Shown here in pieces: positions 10,157-18,624 of a stretch of 64,000 nt of DNA. A program made the translations under genes and the position numbers. A model generated the notes under the pieces. That model was given only the letters and a program-made list of their open reading frames with translations, did no database searches and had not been told where the DNA came from. The stretch spans positions 160,001 through 224,000 of the forward strand of contig CAWGKG010000017.1 of NCBI GenBank assembly GCA_963823035.1, in the 5' to 3' direction. How positions within the stretch are numbered: the first letter of the stretch is position 1; the number at the start of each line of letters is the position of its first letter. The DNA is from an uncultured Gemmatimonadales bacterium. Its GTDB lineage: Bacteria > Gemmatimonadota > Gemmatimonadetes > Longimicrobiales > Gaopeijiaceae.

Positions 10157-13100
10157 TCACTCTCGCGCCCGCCCGACCTTGAGCATCACCGACCCGTGCC
10201 GGGGCACGCGCACCGTGTAGCCGTCCGTGAACTCGCCGAGGTCCCGCCGTCGCCACAGGTCGCGCACGGGCTGGCTGCCCGACAGCCCCAGGTCGGAGAA
10301 GCGCGCCGTGATCTCGTAGGGCACGAGCCCACGGTTGAACAGGCCGACCGCCCGGGTACCGTCGGCGAGCGGACGCGCCCAGACCTCCAGGCGCCCGCTC
10401 TTCCAGACGCGCCCGCCGGCCGTACCGAGCGTGTCCAGGGTGACGGCGAGGACCTCGTCGTTCGTGAGCAGGTCGATCGTCCACGGGTCGAGCTTCGCGA
10501 GGTCCGCGCCGATCATGAGGGGCGCGGCCTGGATGGCCCACAGGGTCAGGTGCAGGATCTGCTCGTTGCGCGTCAGCTTCGTCGGAACGGGCTCGCCCCG
10601 CCCCCAGCTCAACGTGCCCACGATGAGCATGTCCGTGTCGTTCCAGTGGCCCGGACCCGCGTACACCTCACGCCCCGCCTGGCGGAAGCCCACGCTTTCC
10701 AGGTTGGCCCACGAGTTCTCCAGGTCCCCCGTGGTCCGCCACAGGTGGCCGCCGGCGCTCTCGCCCCACGTCCACACGTCGCCCCACCCGTACTCGCCGA
10801 TGCTGTACACGATGTCACGATCGATCCCGGTCAGGACGCGGTGCATCAGGTCGTAGGGCTTCCGCAGCTCGGCGACGCTCCGGTCGGCGGCCACGCTCGA
10901 GTACCCGCAGTAGTCGTGCTTGAGGTAGTCGACGCCCCAGGCCGCCCACGTCTCCGCATCGACGCGCTCGTGTTGGTAGCTGCCCGGCAGCCCCTGGCAG
11001 GTGGTGGGCCCCGGCGACGAGTAGATGCCCAGCTTGAGGCCGCGCGCGTGCACGTGGTCGGCCAGCGCCTTCATGTCGGGGAACTTGTCGTTCGGATGCA
11101 GAACCCCCTGCGCGTCCCGCTCGCCCTCCCACCCGTCGTCGATCACGATGTACTCGTACCCGTGCGCCGCGAGGCCGCTCTCCACCATGGCGTCGGCGGC
11201 CGCGCGCACCTTCGCGTCGTCGACCCCGTCACCCCAGGCGTTCCACGAGTTCCACCCCATGGGGGGCGTGAGCGCGAGGGCGTCGTCCCCGCCGACGATC
11301 GTGAGCTCGCGGGTCGCGGTCCCCTCGGGACCGGTGACCGTGAGCGTCGCGACCGTTCTCCCGGGGGCCCGCAGGGATCCGGTGACGATCCCGGTCGAGG
11401 GGTCGATGCGCAGGCCCTCCGGAAGGGCGACGGCCGCGTAGCGCAACGGCCCTGCGCCGGTGGCGGGGACCAGGTGCCGGAAGGGGCGGCCCGGCGTCGC
11501 GCCGACGATGAGGGGGCCGTGGATGCGCGGCTCGGCGGGCTCGTCCCACGAGATGTCCGGCGCCGGATCCACCGGGACATCGTACGGCTCGGGGACCACG
11601 GCGGCGCCTTCCTCCATGAGGATCGTGGCGCCCGCCCACACCCCGAGGTCGCCGTTGCTCGTATCCTGCGCGTCGTCCAGGAGCAGCGTGAGGACCCGCA
11701 CGTCCGTGAGGTCGACCGAGACCAGTCGGGGCGGGTCTCCGGGGCGCAGGGTGTCCGTCGCGAAGAGGAGGGCGTCGTCACCCCACACCTCGAAGTTCAC
11801 GCTCGCCTCTTCGGAGGTGGCCGAGTCGTCCAGGCCGACCATGGAGACGAAACGCCGCGCCCGCCCCTTCAGGTCGAGCACGAACTCGCTGATCGACTGC
11901 GTGCCGATGCCGTGGCGGTATTCGACCCCGCCGAGCGTGATGGGCCGCACCGCGCCCCGCCGCCCCGGCACGCCGGCGGCGACCGGACGGCCGCGCCGCT
12001 GGAACATCGCGTCCATGCCCAGCGTCTCGACCCAGACGCCTCCGGCGGGCGGGTCCTCCCCGCGGATGGCGAGCGCCTCCGGTCCGACGGGCTCCGTCAG
12101 CCTCCGCAGACGCTCCGTCTGCTCGCGCGTGGCGTCCGGACGCACCTCCAGGACCCAGCTCCCGCCCTCGGCGAACCGCAGTCCGAACGGGTCCAGCGCC
12201 TCCGCGTAGTCCAGCTCCTCGGTGGACGCCAGCGCCTTCCGGAACCACCCCGACAGGTCCGTACCCGCCACCTCCGCGGCCACCGCGCGGAACTCCTCGG
12301 GCGTGTAGCCGCGCTCCCCACCGTACCGCTCATAGGCGAGACGCATCACGTCGTCCAGCGAACGGTCGCCCCCGGTGGCCGCCCGTACCCGCGCATCCAG
12401 GAGGAAGCCGAGCACCTCCCCCTTCACGTAGTAGCTCACCGTCGAGGCGGCGGCCCCCACCCCGGAGTTGCTGTTCGTCCACACGTCGAGGGACGACTGC
12501 TCCACCGTCTGCAGCAGCCGCCCGGGGGACTCCTGCAGCTCGCGGATGGCCCCCGACATGGAGGCCAGGAAGCCCGCGCGGTCCGACAGCCCCGCACGCG
12601 CGACGGCCAGGTCGGCCAGGTACGACGTGACTCCCTCGGCGAGCCAGAGGCTCGGCGTTCGCGGCGGCTCCTCGTAGTCGAACGGCCCGAGCTCCACCGG
12701 ACGTAGCCGCTTCACGTTCAGCGCGTGGACGTATTCGTGCGCCGCGAAGGAGAGCCACCCTCGGTATCCGTCACCGGTGCTCACGCGGTCGGGCCGGGTG
12801 GTGAGCAGCGTCGAAGTCGCGTGCTCCAGTCCCCCGCCCCCACGCCAGAAGACGTTGAGGAAGACGTACTTCCGGTACGGCAGCTCCCCCCAGAGCGGGA
12901 GCGTCTGTTGGACGATCCTCCGGAGGTGGCGGGCCACGCGCTCGCCGTCCCAACCGTCCGGGGCGCCGACGTCCACCAGGTAGTGGGGAACGCCGTCCAC
13001 CTCGAACGCATGCGTGTCGAGGTTCCCGGCCACGATGGGCGCGTCCAGGAGCGCGTCGTAGTCGTCCGCCCGGAAGTGGTGGGGGTCCCCGTCGTCCGCG

Positions 13101-13627
13101 ACGTCGAGCCCCGTCGCCACGTCCCGCCACGACGGGGGCAGCTCCACGTGGACCTCGCGTGGACGCTCCGCGTCCCCGACCACGGTGACGAACGTAGCCG
13201 GTCCGTTCAGCGCGGCGAACTCGGGGGACACCCAGTTCGTGGTGACGAAGTACCGGGTGCAGAGGAGGCCGTAGGTGAGCGTCACCCGCGGAGCGCCACC
13301 GGTGTCCACGCGCCAGCGGTTCGGGGGGATCCGCTCGACCGGGAGCGCCCGTCCGTCCGGGCCACGCGCCGAGAGATCGCGCACCTGCGCGGCGTAGTCC
13401 TCGACGCTGTAGTAGCCCGGCGACCAGATCGGCAGCATGACCTCCACGCTCGGCGCGCCTGCCGTCGGCAGGGACGCCTCGATCGTCGCGAGGTGCTCCG
13501 CGAGGGAGGGGAAGCGCACGGTGTAGACCGCCGGCTCGAGGGTCGTGTCCCGACGGGGCCCGTTCGCGCAACCGGTCAGTGCGAGGCAGACGGTGAGGGC
13601 GAGGGCGCCCGCCCCGCGACGATCCAT
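10157..13627 (-). CDS. Lipoprotein fusion of M61 metallopeptidase, NPCBM, Ig-like and GH27 alpha-galactosidase-like domains
   Basis: Lipobox LALTGC. M61 motifs LPIWSPGYY, GGGLEH, HEYVH, LWLAEGVTSY and YYVKG. NPCBM (ITLGGVEYRHGIGT). GH27 motifs LALTPPMGWNSWN, IDDGW, WGVDYLKHDYC and WNDTDML. One continuous frame. Confidence 0.85.
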   Translation of the reverse strand: MDRRGAGALALTVCLALTGCANGPRRDTTLEPAVYTVRFPSLAEHLATIEASLPTAGAPSVEVMLPIWSPGYYSVEDYAAQVRDLSARGPDGRALPVERIPPNRWRVDTGGAPRVTLTYGLLCTRYFVTTNWVSPEFAALNGPATFVTVVGDAERPREVHVELPPSWRDVATGLDVADDGDPHHFRADDYDALLDAPIVAGNLDTHAFEVDGVPHYLVDVGAPDGWDGERVARHLRRIVQQTLPLWGELPYRKYVFLNVFWRGGGGLEHATSTLLTTRPDRVSTGDGYRGWLSFAAHEYVHALNVKRLRPVELGPFDYEEPPRTPSLWLAEGVTSYLADLAVARAGLSDRAGFLASMSGAIRELQESPGRLLQTVEQSSLDVWTNSNSGVGAAASTVSYYVKGEVLGFLLDARVRAATGGDRSLDDVMRLAYERYGGERGYTPEEFRAVAAEVAGTDLSGWFRKALASTEELDYAEALDPFGLRFAEGGSWVLEVRPDATREQTERLRRLTEPVGPEALAIRGEDPPAGGVWVETLGMDAMFQRRGRPVAAGVPGRRGAVRPITLGGVEYRHGIGTQSISEFVLDLKGRARRFVSMVGLDDSATSEEASVNFEVWGDDALLFATDTLRPGDPPRLVSVDLTDVRVLTLLLDDAQDTSNGDLGVWAGATILMEEGAAVVPEPYDVPVDPAPDISWDEPAEPRIHGPLIVGATPGRPFRHLVPATGAGPLRYAAVALPEGLRIDPSTGIVTGSLRAPGRTVATLTVTGPEGTATRELTIVGGDDALALTPPMGWNSWNAWGDGVDDAKVRAAADAMVESGLAAHGYEYIVIDDGWEGERDAQGVLHPNDKFPDMKALADHVHARGLKLGIYSSPGPTTCQGLPGSYQHERVDAETWAAWGVDYLKHDYCGYSSVAADRSVAELRKPYDLMHRVLTGIDRDIVYSIGEYGWGDVWTWGESAGGHLWRTTGDLENSWANLESVGFRQAGREVYAGPGHWNDTDMLIVGTLSWGRGEPVPTKLTRNEQILHLTLWAIQAAPLMIGADLAKLDPWTIDLLTNDEVLAVTLDTLGTAGGRVWKSGRLEVWARPLADGTRAVGLFNRGLVPYEITARFSDLGLSGSQPVRDLWRRRDLGEFTDGYTVRVPRHGSVMLKVGRARE

Positions 13628-13632
13628 GCGTG

Positions 13633-15108
13633 TCACCAGACCATTCTCCGGATCAGACCGCCGCCGACCGACCACCCCGCGTCGGGCGCGGCGAAGGACA
13701 CGGCCCAGGCGTTCACCGAATCCACCCGCGTCCAGCTGTCTCCTCCGTCCCGCGAGATCGCGGAGCCCGCGGGTGACACCGCCACCAACGTGGGCGTGGG
13801 CGCGCCGGGCACCCAGGCGATGCCGTAGACCGAGCCGCCCAGACCCGTGCGGCCGCCCCGACGCCACGTGCGGCCCCCGTCGTCGGTCAGGATGACGTCC
13901 TCGAATTGCATGTCCTTGCGGCCGTCGTCCCCGCCGGCCGCGGCCCCCGTCCGGTCGTCGAGGAAGGCGAGCGTGAAGATCCCCGAGGTCTCGTCGAAGC
14001 TCTCCAGGGGGGTCGGCGCCTCCTCCCACGTCACGCCGTAGTCGGCCGTGCGGATCACGCGGGTGTCCACGCCCGAAGCGCCGGTGCCGAACCATCCCAG
14101 CCCGCCCGGACGCGTCACGACGCACGTGCCGGACGACGCGAAAGCTCCCTCTCCCTCGCGGGCGTCGGGCACCCGGGCGGGATCGATCCGCTTCCACGTC
14201 GCGCCGCCGTCGTCGGTGCGCACGAGGGTGAACTCCCCGTCGTGGCTGTCGCTGAAGGCGAACCCCCGTCGGCGATCCCAGAACGAGAGGCAGTCGAAGA
14301 AGCCCTGGGGATCCTCGTTCCGGAAGGAGAGCGTCCAGGACGCGCCGCCGTCGCGGGTCACGTAGATCCTGGACTCGTCGCCGGCGCCGATGGACAGGAC
14401 GAAGGCCTCGTCCCCGGAGAAGGCGTGCACGTCCCGGAACTGGAGCGACTCGGCGCCCGGCACGACCCCGACGTGCCAGCTCCGGCCACCGTCCGTGGAA
14501 CGGGCGACGTGACCCCCGCTCCCGGCCGCCCAGACCGTGTTGGCGTCCACGGCGTGCAGGCCGATGAAGCGCACCGTGGAGTCCTGGTACTGGACCTGCC
14601 AGGCGGGCGCGGCCGAGCGGGCAGGTCCGCCTCCCGCGCACGGCGTACGCGCGTAGTGGATCGAAAAGGCCGGCGTCTCGTCGGCGACCTCCCGGAACAC
14701 GCTCGCGACAATGGAGTCACCACCGTGGCGCAGGTAGTCGATCCGGCGCGGGAAGTCGTGGTCGGGGTTCTCGACGCGCAGCTCCCGATCGGTCAGCCGG
14801 GCGACCGGGAAATCCGCGGGCTGTTGGCCGGAAGGATGCGCGGAGTATGTGAGGCGGCCGTCACGGACGCCGAGCACGACGGACTCGTACCCCGTGGCGC
14901 GTCCGCCGCGGACCGAGCGCGACATGCCGACCATGAGCCCACCCGCGGGCGCCATCCACACCTCGTCGGAGCGGCTCTCCCCGTTCTCGGCCGCCCAGCA
15001 CCCGGCCAGCCAGGCCGCGTCCTCGACATCCTGCGGCACGGCGGAGGGCGGAGCGACCACACCCACCGCAACGAGCACCACCGCCATCGAACCGCTACGC
15101 CGGACCAT
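13633..15108 (-). CDS. Secreted DUF6265-like domain fused to a BNR/Ycf48-like beta-propeller
   Basis: WLAGCW...EVWMAPAGGLMVG...ENPDHDFPRRIDY, followed by repeated Asp-boxes (STDGGRSW, TRDGGASW, TDDGGATW, TDDGGRTW). Confidence 0.75.
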   Translation of the reverse strand: MVRRSGSMAVVLVAVGVVAPPSAVPQDVEDAAWLAGCWAAENGESRSDEVWMAPAGGLMVGMSRSVRGGRATGYESVVLGVRDGRLTYSAHPSGQQPADFPVARLTDRELRVENPDHDFPRRIDYLRHGGDSIVASVFREVADETPAFSIHYARTPCAGGGPARSAAPAWQVQYQDSTVRFIGLHAVDANTVWAAGSGGHVARSTDGGRSWHVGVVPGAESLQFRDVHAFSGDEAFVLSIGAGDESRIYVTRDGGASWTLSFRNEDPQGFFDCLSFWDRRRGFAFSDSHDGEFTLVRTDDGGATWKRIDPARVPDAREGEGAFASSGTCVVTRPGGLGWFGTGASGVDTRVIRTADYGVTWEEAPTPLESFDETSGIFTLAFLDDRTGAAAGGDDGRKDMQFEDVILTDDGGRTWRRGGRTGLGGSVYGIAWVPGAPTPTLVAVSPAGSAISRDGGDSWTRVDSVNAWAVSFAAPDAGWSVGGGLIRRMVW

Positions 15109-15224
15109 GCGCTTCCCCCGTTGTGGAGCCGACGCCCGGGCGGGACGCCACCGGCAAGGTAGATCCGCGCACATGCGGGGAAAACACGTGGCCGGACCGG
15201 TCGAGTCGAGCCCGGCACGGGCTG

Positions 15225-16070
15225 CTAGACGTCGCCACCCAGAAGCCCTTCGAAGGAGAAGTCGGTCACGGCCAGCGCCCCCATCCGCGCTCCGACGCGC
15301 AGCGCCTCCCGCAGGGCCTCCGCGGACAGGCTACGGCCGACGGACAGCGAGGCCACCACGCCTCCGGCGAAGGCATCCCCCGCGCCCGTCGGATCGACGA
15401 CGCGCGCGACCCGCACGGCTTGCACCTCGACCGGCCCCTCCGCGCCCCAGGCGCACGCACCCCGGGCTCCGCGCTTCACGATCACCCACGACGGGCCGCG
15501 GGCCCGTGCGGCCGCGGCGGCCTCCTCCTCCTCCTGGGCGCCGCCGAGGATCCGGACCTCCTCCTCGCTGGCGAGGAGCACGTCCACGCGTGGGAGGAGG
15601 GCGTCGAGCTCGGCGCGTCGGTCCCGGATCCAGTGCGCCATCGAATCCAGGACCACCCTGCCCGGGACTCCGGCCTGTCGCAGAACGTGCCCCTGGACCC
15701 CGGGATCCGTGCTCCCCAGGAAGAGGACGTCCGGATCGCGCAGCGCCGCCGGCACCTCGGGCACCTCCCGCACGATGCCGCCCCGGTGGACCGAGAGGAT
15801 CTCGCGCGCGCCCGCCTCGTCGTAGCGTGCGTGCCAGCGGAAGGTCGGATGGGGACGCCGCACGATCCCGGACACGTCGACGCCTCGCGCGGCCAGGCCG
15901 GCGAGGGCCTCCTCGGGGAAGTCCTGTCCGGTCACACCGACCACGGCGACGGAGCGGAGGCGCACGGCCGCCGCCGCGAAGTACAGCGCCGACCCTCCCG
16001 GCACTTCCCGGGCGAACCCGTCCGGTGTCTCCACGGTGTCCAGCGCCACCGTCCCGACGCCCAGGATCAT
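15225..16070 (-). CDS. PfkB/ribokinase family kinase, probably a nucleoside or sugar kinase
   Basis: GTVALDTVETP, PGGSALY, IVKRGARG and VDPTGAGDAFAGG. Directly follows a CNT transporter. Confidence 0.9.
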   Translation of the reverse strand: MILGVGTVALDTVETPDGFAREVPGGSALYFAAAAVRLRSVAVVGVTGQDFPEEALAGLAARGVDVSGIVRRPHPTFRWHARYDEAGAREILSVHRGGIVREVPEVPAALRDPDVLFLGSTDPGVQGHVLRQAGVPGRVVLDSMAHWIRDRRAELDALLPRVDVLLASEEEVRILGGAQEEEEAAAAARARGPSWVIVKRGARGACAWGAEGPVEVQAVRVARVVDPTGAGDAFAGGVVASLSVGRSLSAEALREALRVGARMGALAVTDFSFEGLLGGDV

Positions 16071-16082
16071 GGTCCCCCCGCG

Positions 16083-17471
16083 TCAGATCAGGAGCCCCGC
16101 CACGGCCGCCGTGAGCAGCGTGGCGAGGAGTCCGGCGAGCATCGCCTTGAGGCCGAGGCGCGCCAGGTCGTGACGGCGCGTCGGCGCCATCTCCCCCAGG
16201 CCCGCGATGGTCATGGCCACCGACCCGAAGTTCGCGAAGGAGGTCAGCGCGTAGATGGTGATCACCAGCGAGCGGGGATCGAGCGTGACGCCCTCGGCGA
16301 GCAGCGCCTGCAGGCGCGCGAAGGCGACGAATTCGTTGAGGACGGCCTCGAGGCCGATGAGCTGTCCCACCACCTGTGCGTCCGCCCAGGGGATGCCGAG
16401 CACCCAGGCGACCGGCACCAGGAGCGTACCGAGGATGCCCTCCAGGCTGAGGTTCTCCACGCCCACGAGGTGCCCGAGCCATCCGAGCCCACCGTCGGCG
16501 AGCGACACCAGCGCGATGAAGGCGATCAGCATCGCGCCGACCACCAACGCCAGGCGCAGGCCGTCCGCCGCGCCCCGCGCCGCCGCGTCGATCACGTTCA
16601 CGTCGGGACGCTCCACGCTCGTTTCGCCCAGCGACCCCGCCGTGACCGGTGTCGACGTCTCGGGCACCAGGAGCTTCGCCAGGACGAACGCCGCCGGAGC
16701 CGACATCACCGAGGCCGCGATGAGGTGTCCGGCCGCGTCGGGCTCGTAGGGCAGCAGCATACCCGCGTAGGCCGCGAGCACGCCTCCGCTGATCGTCGCC
16801 ATCCCGGCGGTCATGACGGCCATGAGCTCGGATTCCGTCATCCGTTCGATGAAGGGCCGAACCGACAGCGGCGACTCCATCATCCCGACGAAGATGTTCG
16901 AGGCGACGTCGAGCGTCTCGGCGCCGGAGGTGCGGAGCGTCCGCTGCATGACCCAGGCGATCGAGCGCACCACGCGCTGCATGACGCCGAGGTGGTAGAG
17001 AACGGTCACCAGGCAGGACACGAAGATGATGTTGGGAAGCACCTGGAACGCGAAGAACGCCCCGGTATGCGCGACCGTCCCCGGGGTCGCGACGAAGCTC
17101 CCGTTGCCCGGGACGCCGCTCCCGACCGGAACGTCGTCGGAGATGAGGTTGCCGACCACGAAGCGGGCGCCCTCCGCCGCGTAGCCGAGCACGGCACGCA
17201 CGACCGCGTTGACGTTCTGGAAGAAGGCCACGCCCAGGGGGGTGTGCAGCACCACGATGGCGAACGCGAGTTGAAGGCCCAGCCCCCAGAGCACGATGCG
17301 CCAGGAGACGGACCGGCGATCGCTCGACAGCAGCCACCCGAGGCCGAGGATCACGCCTACGCCGAGAAGGGCCTGCAGGCGCAGGAGCGATCCGGCGGAC
17401 GAAGGCGTCTGGAGAGCGGCGAGGATCAGCGGCGACAAGGGGGCCTCGGGCAGGAGTCGGATCGCGGACAA
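16083..17471 (-). CDS. NupC/CNT family nucleoside transporter (start uncertain)
   Basis: FAFQVLPNIIF, SGAETL..SNIFVGMMES, MTAGMATISGGV, LNEFVAF and SFANFGS. Confidence 0.92.
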   Translation of the reverse strand: MSAIRLLPEAPLSPLILAALQTPSSAGSLLRLQALLGVGVILGLGWLLSSDRRSVSWRIVLWGLGLQLAFAIVVLHTPLGVAFFQNVNAVVRAVLGYAAEGARFVVGNLISDDVPVGSGVPGNGSFVATPGTVAHTGAFFAFQVLPNIIFVSCLVTVLYHLGVMQRVVRSIAWVMQRTLRTSGAETLDVASNIFVGMMESPLSVRPFIERMTESELMAVMTAGMATISGGVLAAYAGMLLPYEPDAAGHLIAASVMSAPAAFVLAKLLVPETSTPVTAGSLGETSVERPDVNVIDAAARGAADGLRLALVVGAMLIAFIALVSLADGGLGWLGHLVGVENLSLEGILGTLLVPVAWVLGIPWADAQVVGQLIGLEAVLNEFVAFARLQALLAEGVTLDPRSLVITIYALTSFANFGSVAMTIAGLGEMAPTRRHDLARLGLKAMLAGLLATLLTAAVAGLLI

Positions 17472-17484
17472 CCTGCCGGGCGCC

Positions 17485-18486
17485 TCAGCCCTGCGCCAGA
17501 ATCCCCTCCACACGCGTGGCGTACGCCCACCCCTGCGCGTCGTCGCTCACGAGCTCGATGTCGCCGGGTCCACCGACGCCCAGGCCGACCTCCACCGCGC
17601 GGGCGATCTGCTCCTGCCGGAAGATCGGCGTGCCCATGATCGCGTCGTTGGAGCCCAGCTCCTTGAGGATCGCGAGCCCCACCGCGTCCACGGCCACCCG
17701 GTCGGTGCCGGCCACGAACACGTTCGCCCGCTTCAGCGTGCCCTGCGACGGCCCACCGTCCGTGAACGCCTCCACGCCGTCCATCACGATCAGGTCGGGC
17801 GCGTAGCCCTGGTTCAGCTCGGCGATCATCCGGCGCATGTCGGGCGAACGGTGCATGCCCCGACGGATCGGGCGAGGCGTGAGGCCCACCGCCAGCTTGA
17901 GGGACATCGTGAACACGCCGCCGAAACCGTGCGTCTTCAGGCAGCAGGTGCTCACCAGGTACTCGGCGTCGGTGACCATGCGCGGCAGGTGGTAGCCCTC
18001 CGCCCAGTGGGTGCCCGGCGGGTTGAAGTGCACCCAGTCGGCGTCGGGAAGCTGGTCGAAGTCCACCACGCCGAAGTCGTGGTCGCGCGCCAGGTCCAGC
18101 GTTCCCTTGGCGGCGAGCACGGACGTCGTTCCCTGAGGACCGCTCGACTCGCCCACCGTGACGCTGCGGGCGTCGCGCTCCTGGAGCTCGCCAACGAGAC
18201 GCAGGAGCGTCTCGTCCTGCGTGCCGGCCGGGCCGCCGTCCGCGCTGTTGAAGTTCGGCTTCACCACCACCCGCTTGCCGGCCATGCCCGAGGGGTCGAG
18301 AAGCGCCATCGCGCGCGTCACGCCGTCGGCTCGGCTCGACGTGCGGATCAGCGCGACCCTGGAGGCGCGCCTGCGGCCCGCGGGCGCGAGCGTCTCGAGG
18401 TCGATCCACGGCAGGGCGACGAGCCCCACGGCCGATCCCCTGAGGAAGTCCCTGCGATCCATGCCACCAACGTTCAGGCGGGCCAT
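17485..18486 (-). CDS. DUF362 domain protein with a Tat signal
   Basis: DRRDFLRG twin-arginine leader, VVVKPNFN, CCLKTH, FTMSLKLAVG and DRVAVDAVG. Confidence 0.85.
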   Translation of the reverse strand: MARLNVGGMDRRDFLRGSAVGLVALPWIDLETLAPAGRRRASRVALIRTSSRADGVTRAMALLDPSGMAGKRVVVKPNFNSADGGPAGTQDETLLRLVGELQERDARSVTVGESSGPQGTTSVLAAKGTLDLARDHDFGVVDFDQLPDADWVHFNPPGTHWAEGYHLPRMVTDAEYLVSTCCLKTHGFGGVFTMSLKLAVGLTPRPIRRGMHRSPDMRRMIAELNQGYAPDLIVMDGVEAFTDGGPSQGTLKRANVFVAGTDRVAVDAVGLAILKELGSNDAIMGTPIFRQEQIARAVEVGLGVGGPGDIELVSDDAQGWAYATRVEGILAQG

Positions 18487-18624
18487 GTCGGCCTCCTGGC
18501 AAAGAGCGGGCAGGCTCGAAGGAAAGATATGCCATCGGTGGCGTGCGCGCCCACGCGCCGCCAAGCTGACCGGAGCTCCGGCGCCGCGGTGACCGGATCG
18601 TCGAGGATGCTCCAAGGAGGCACC

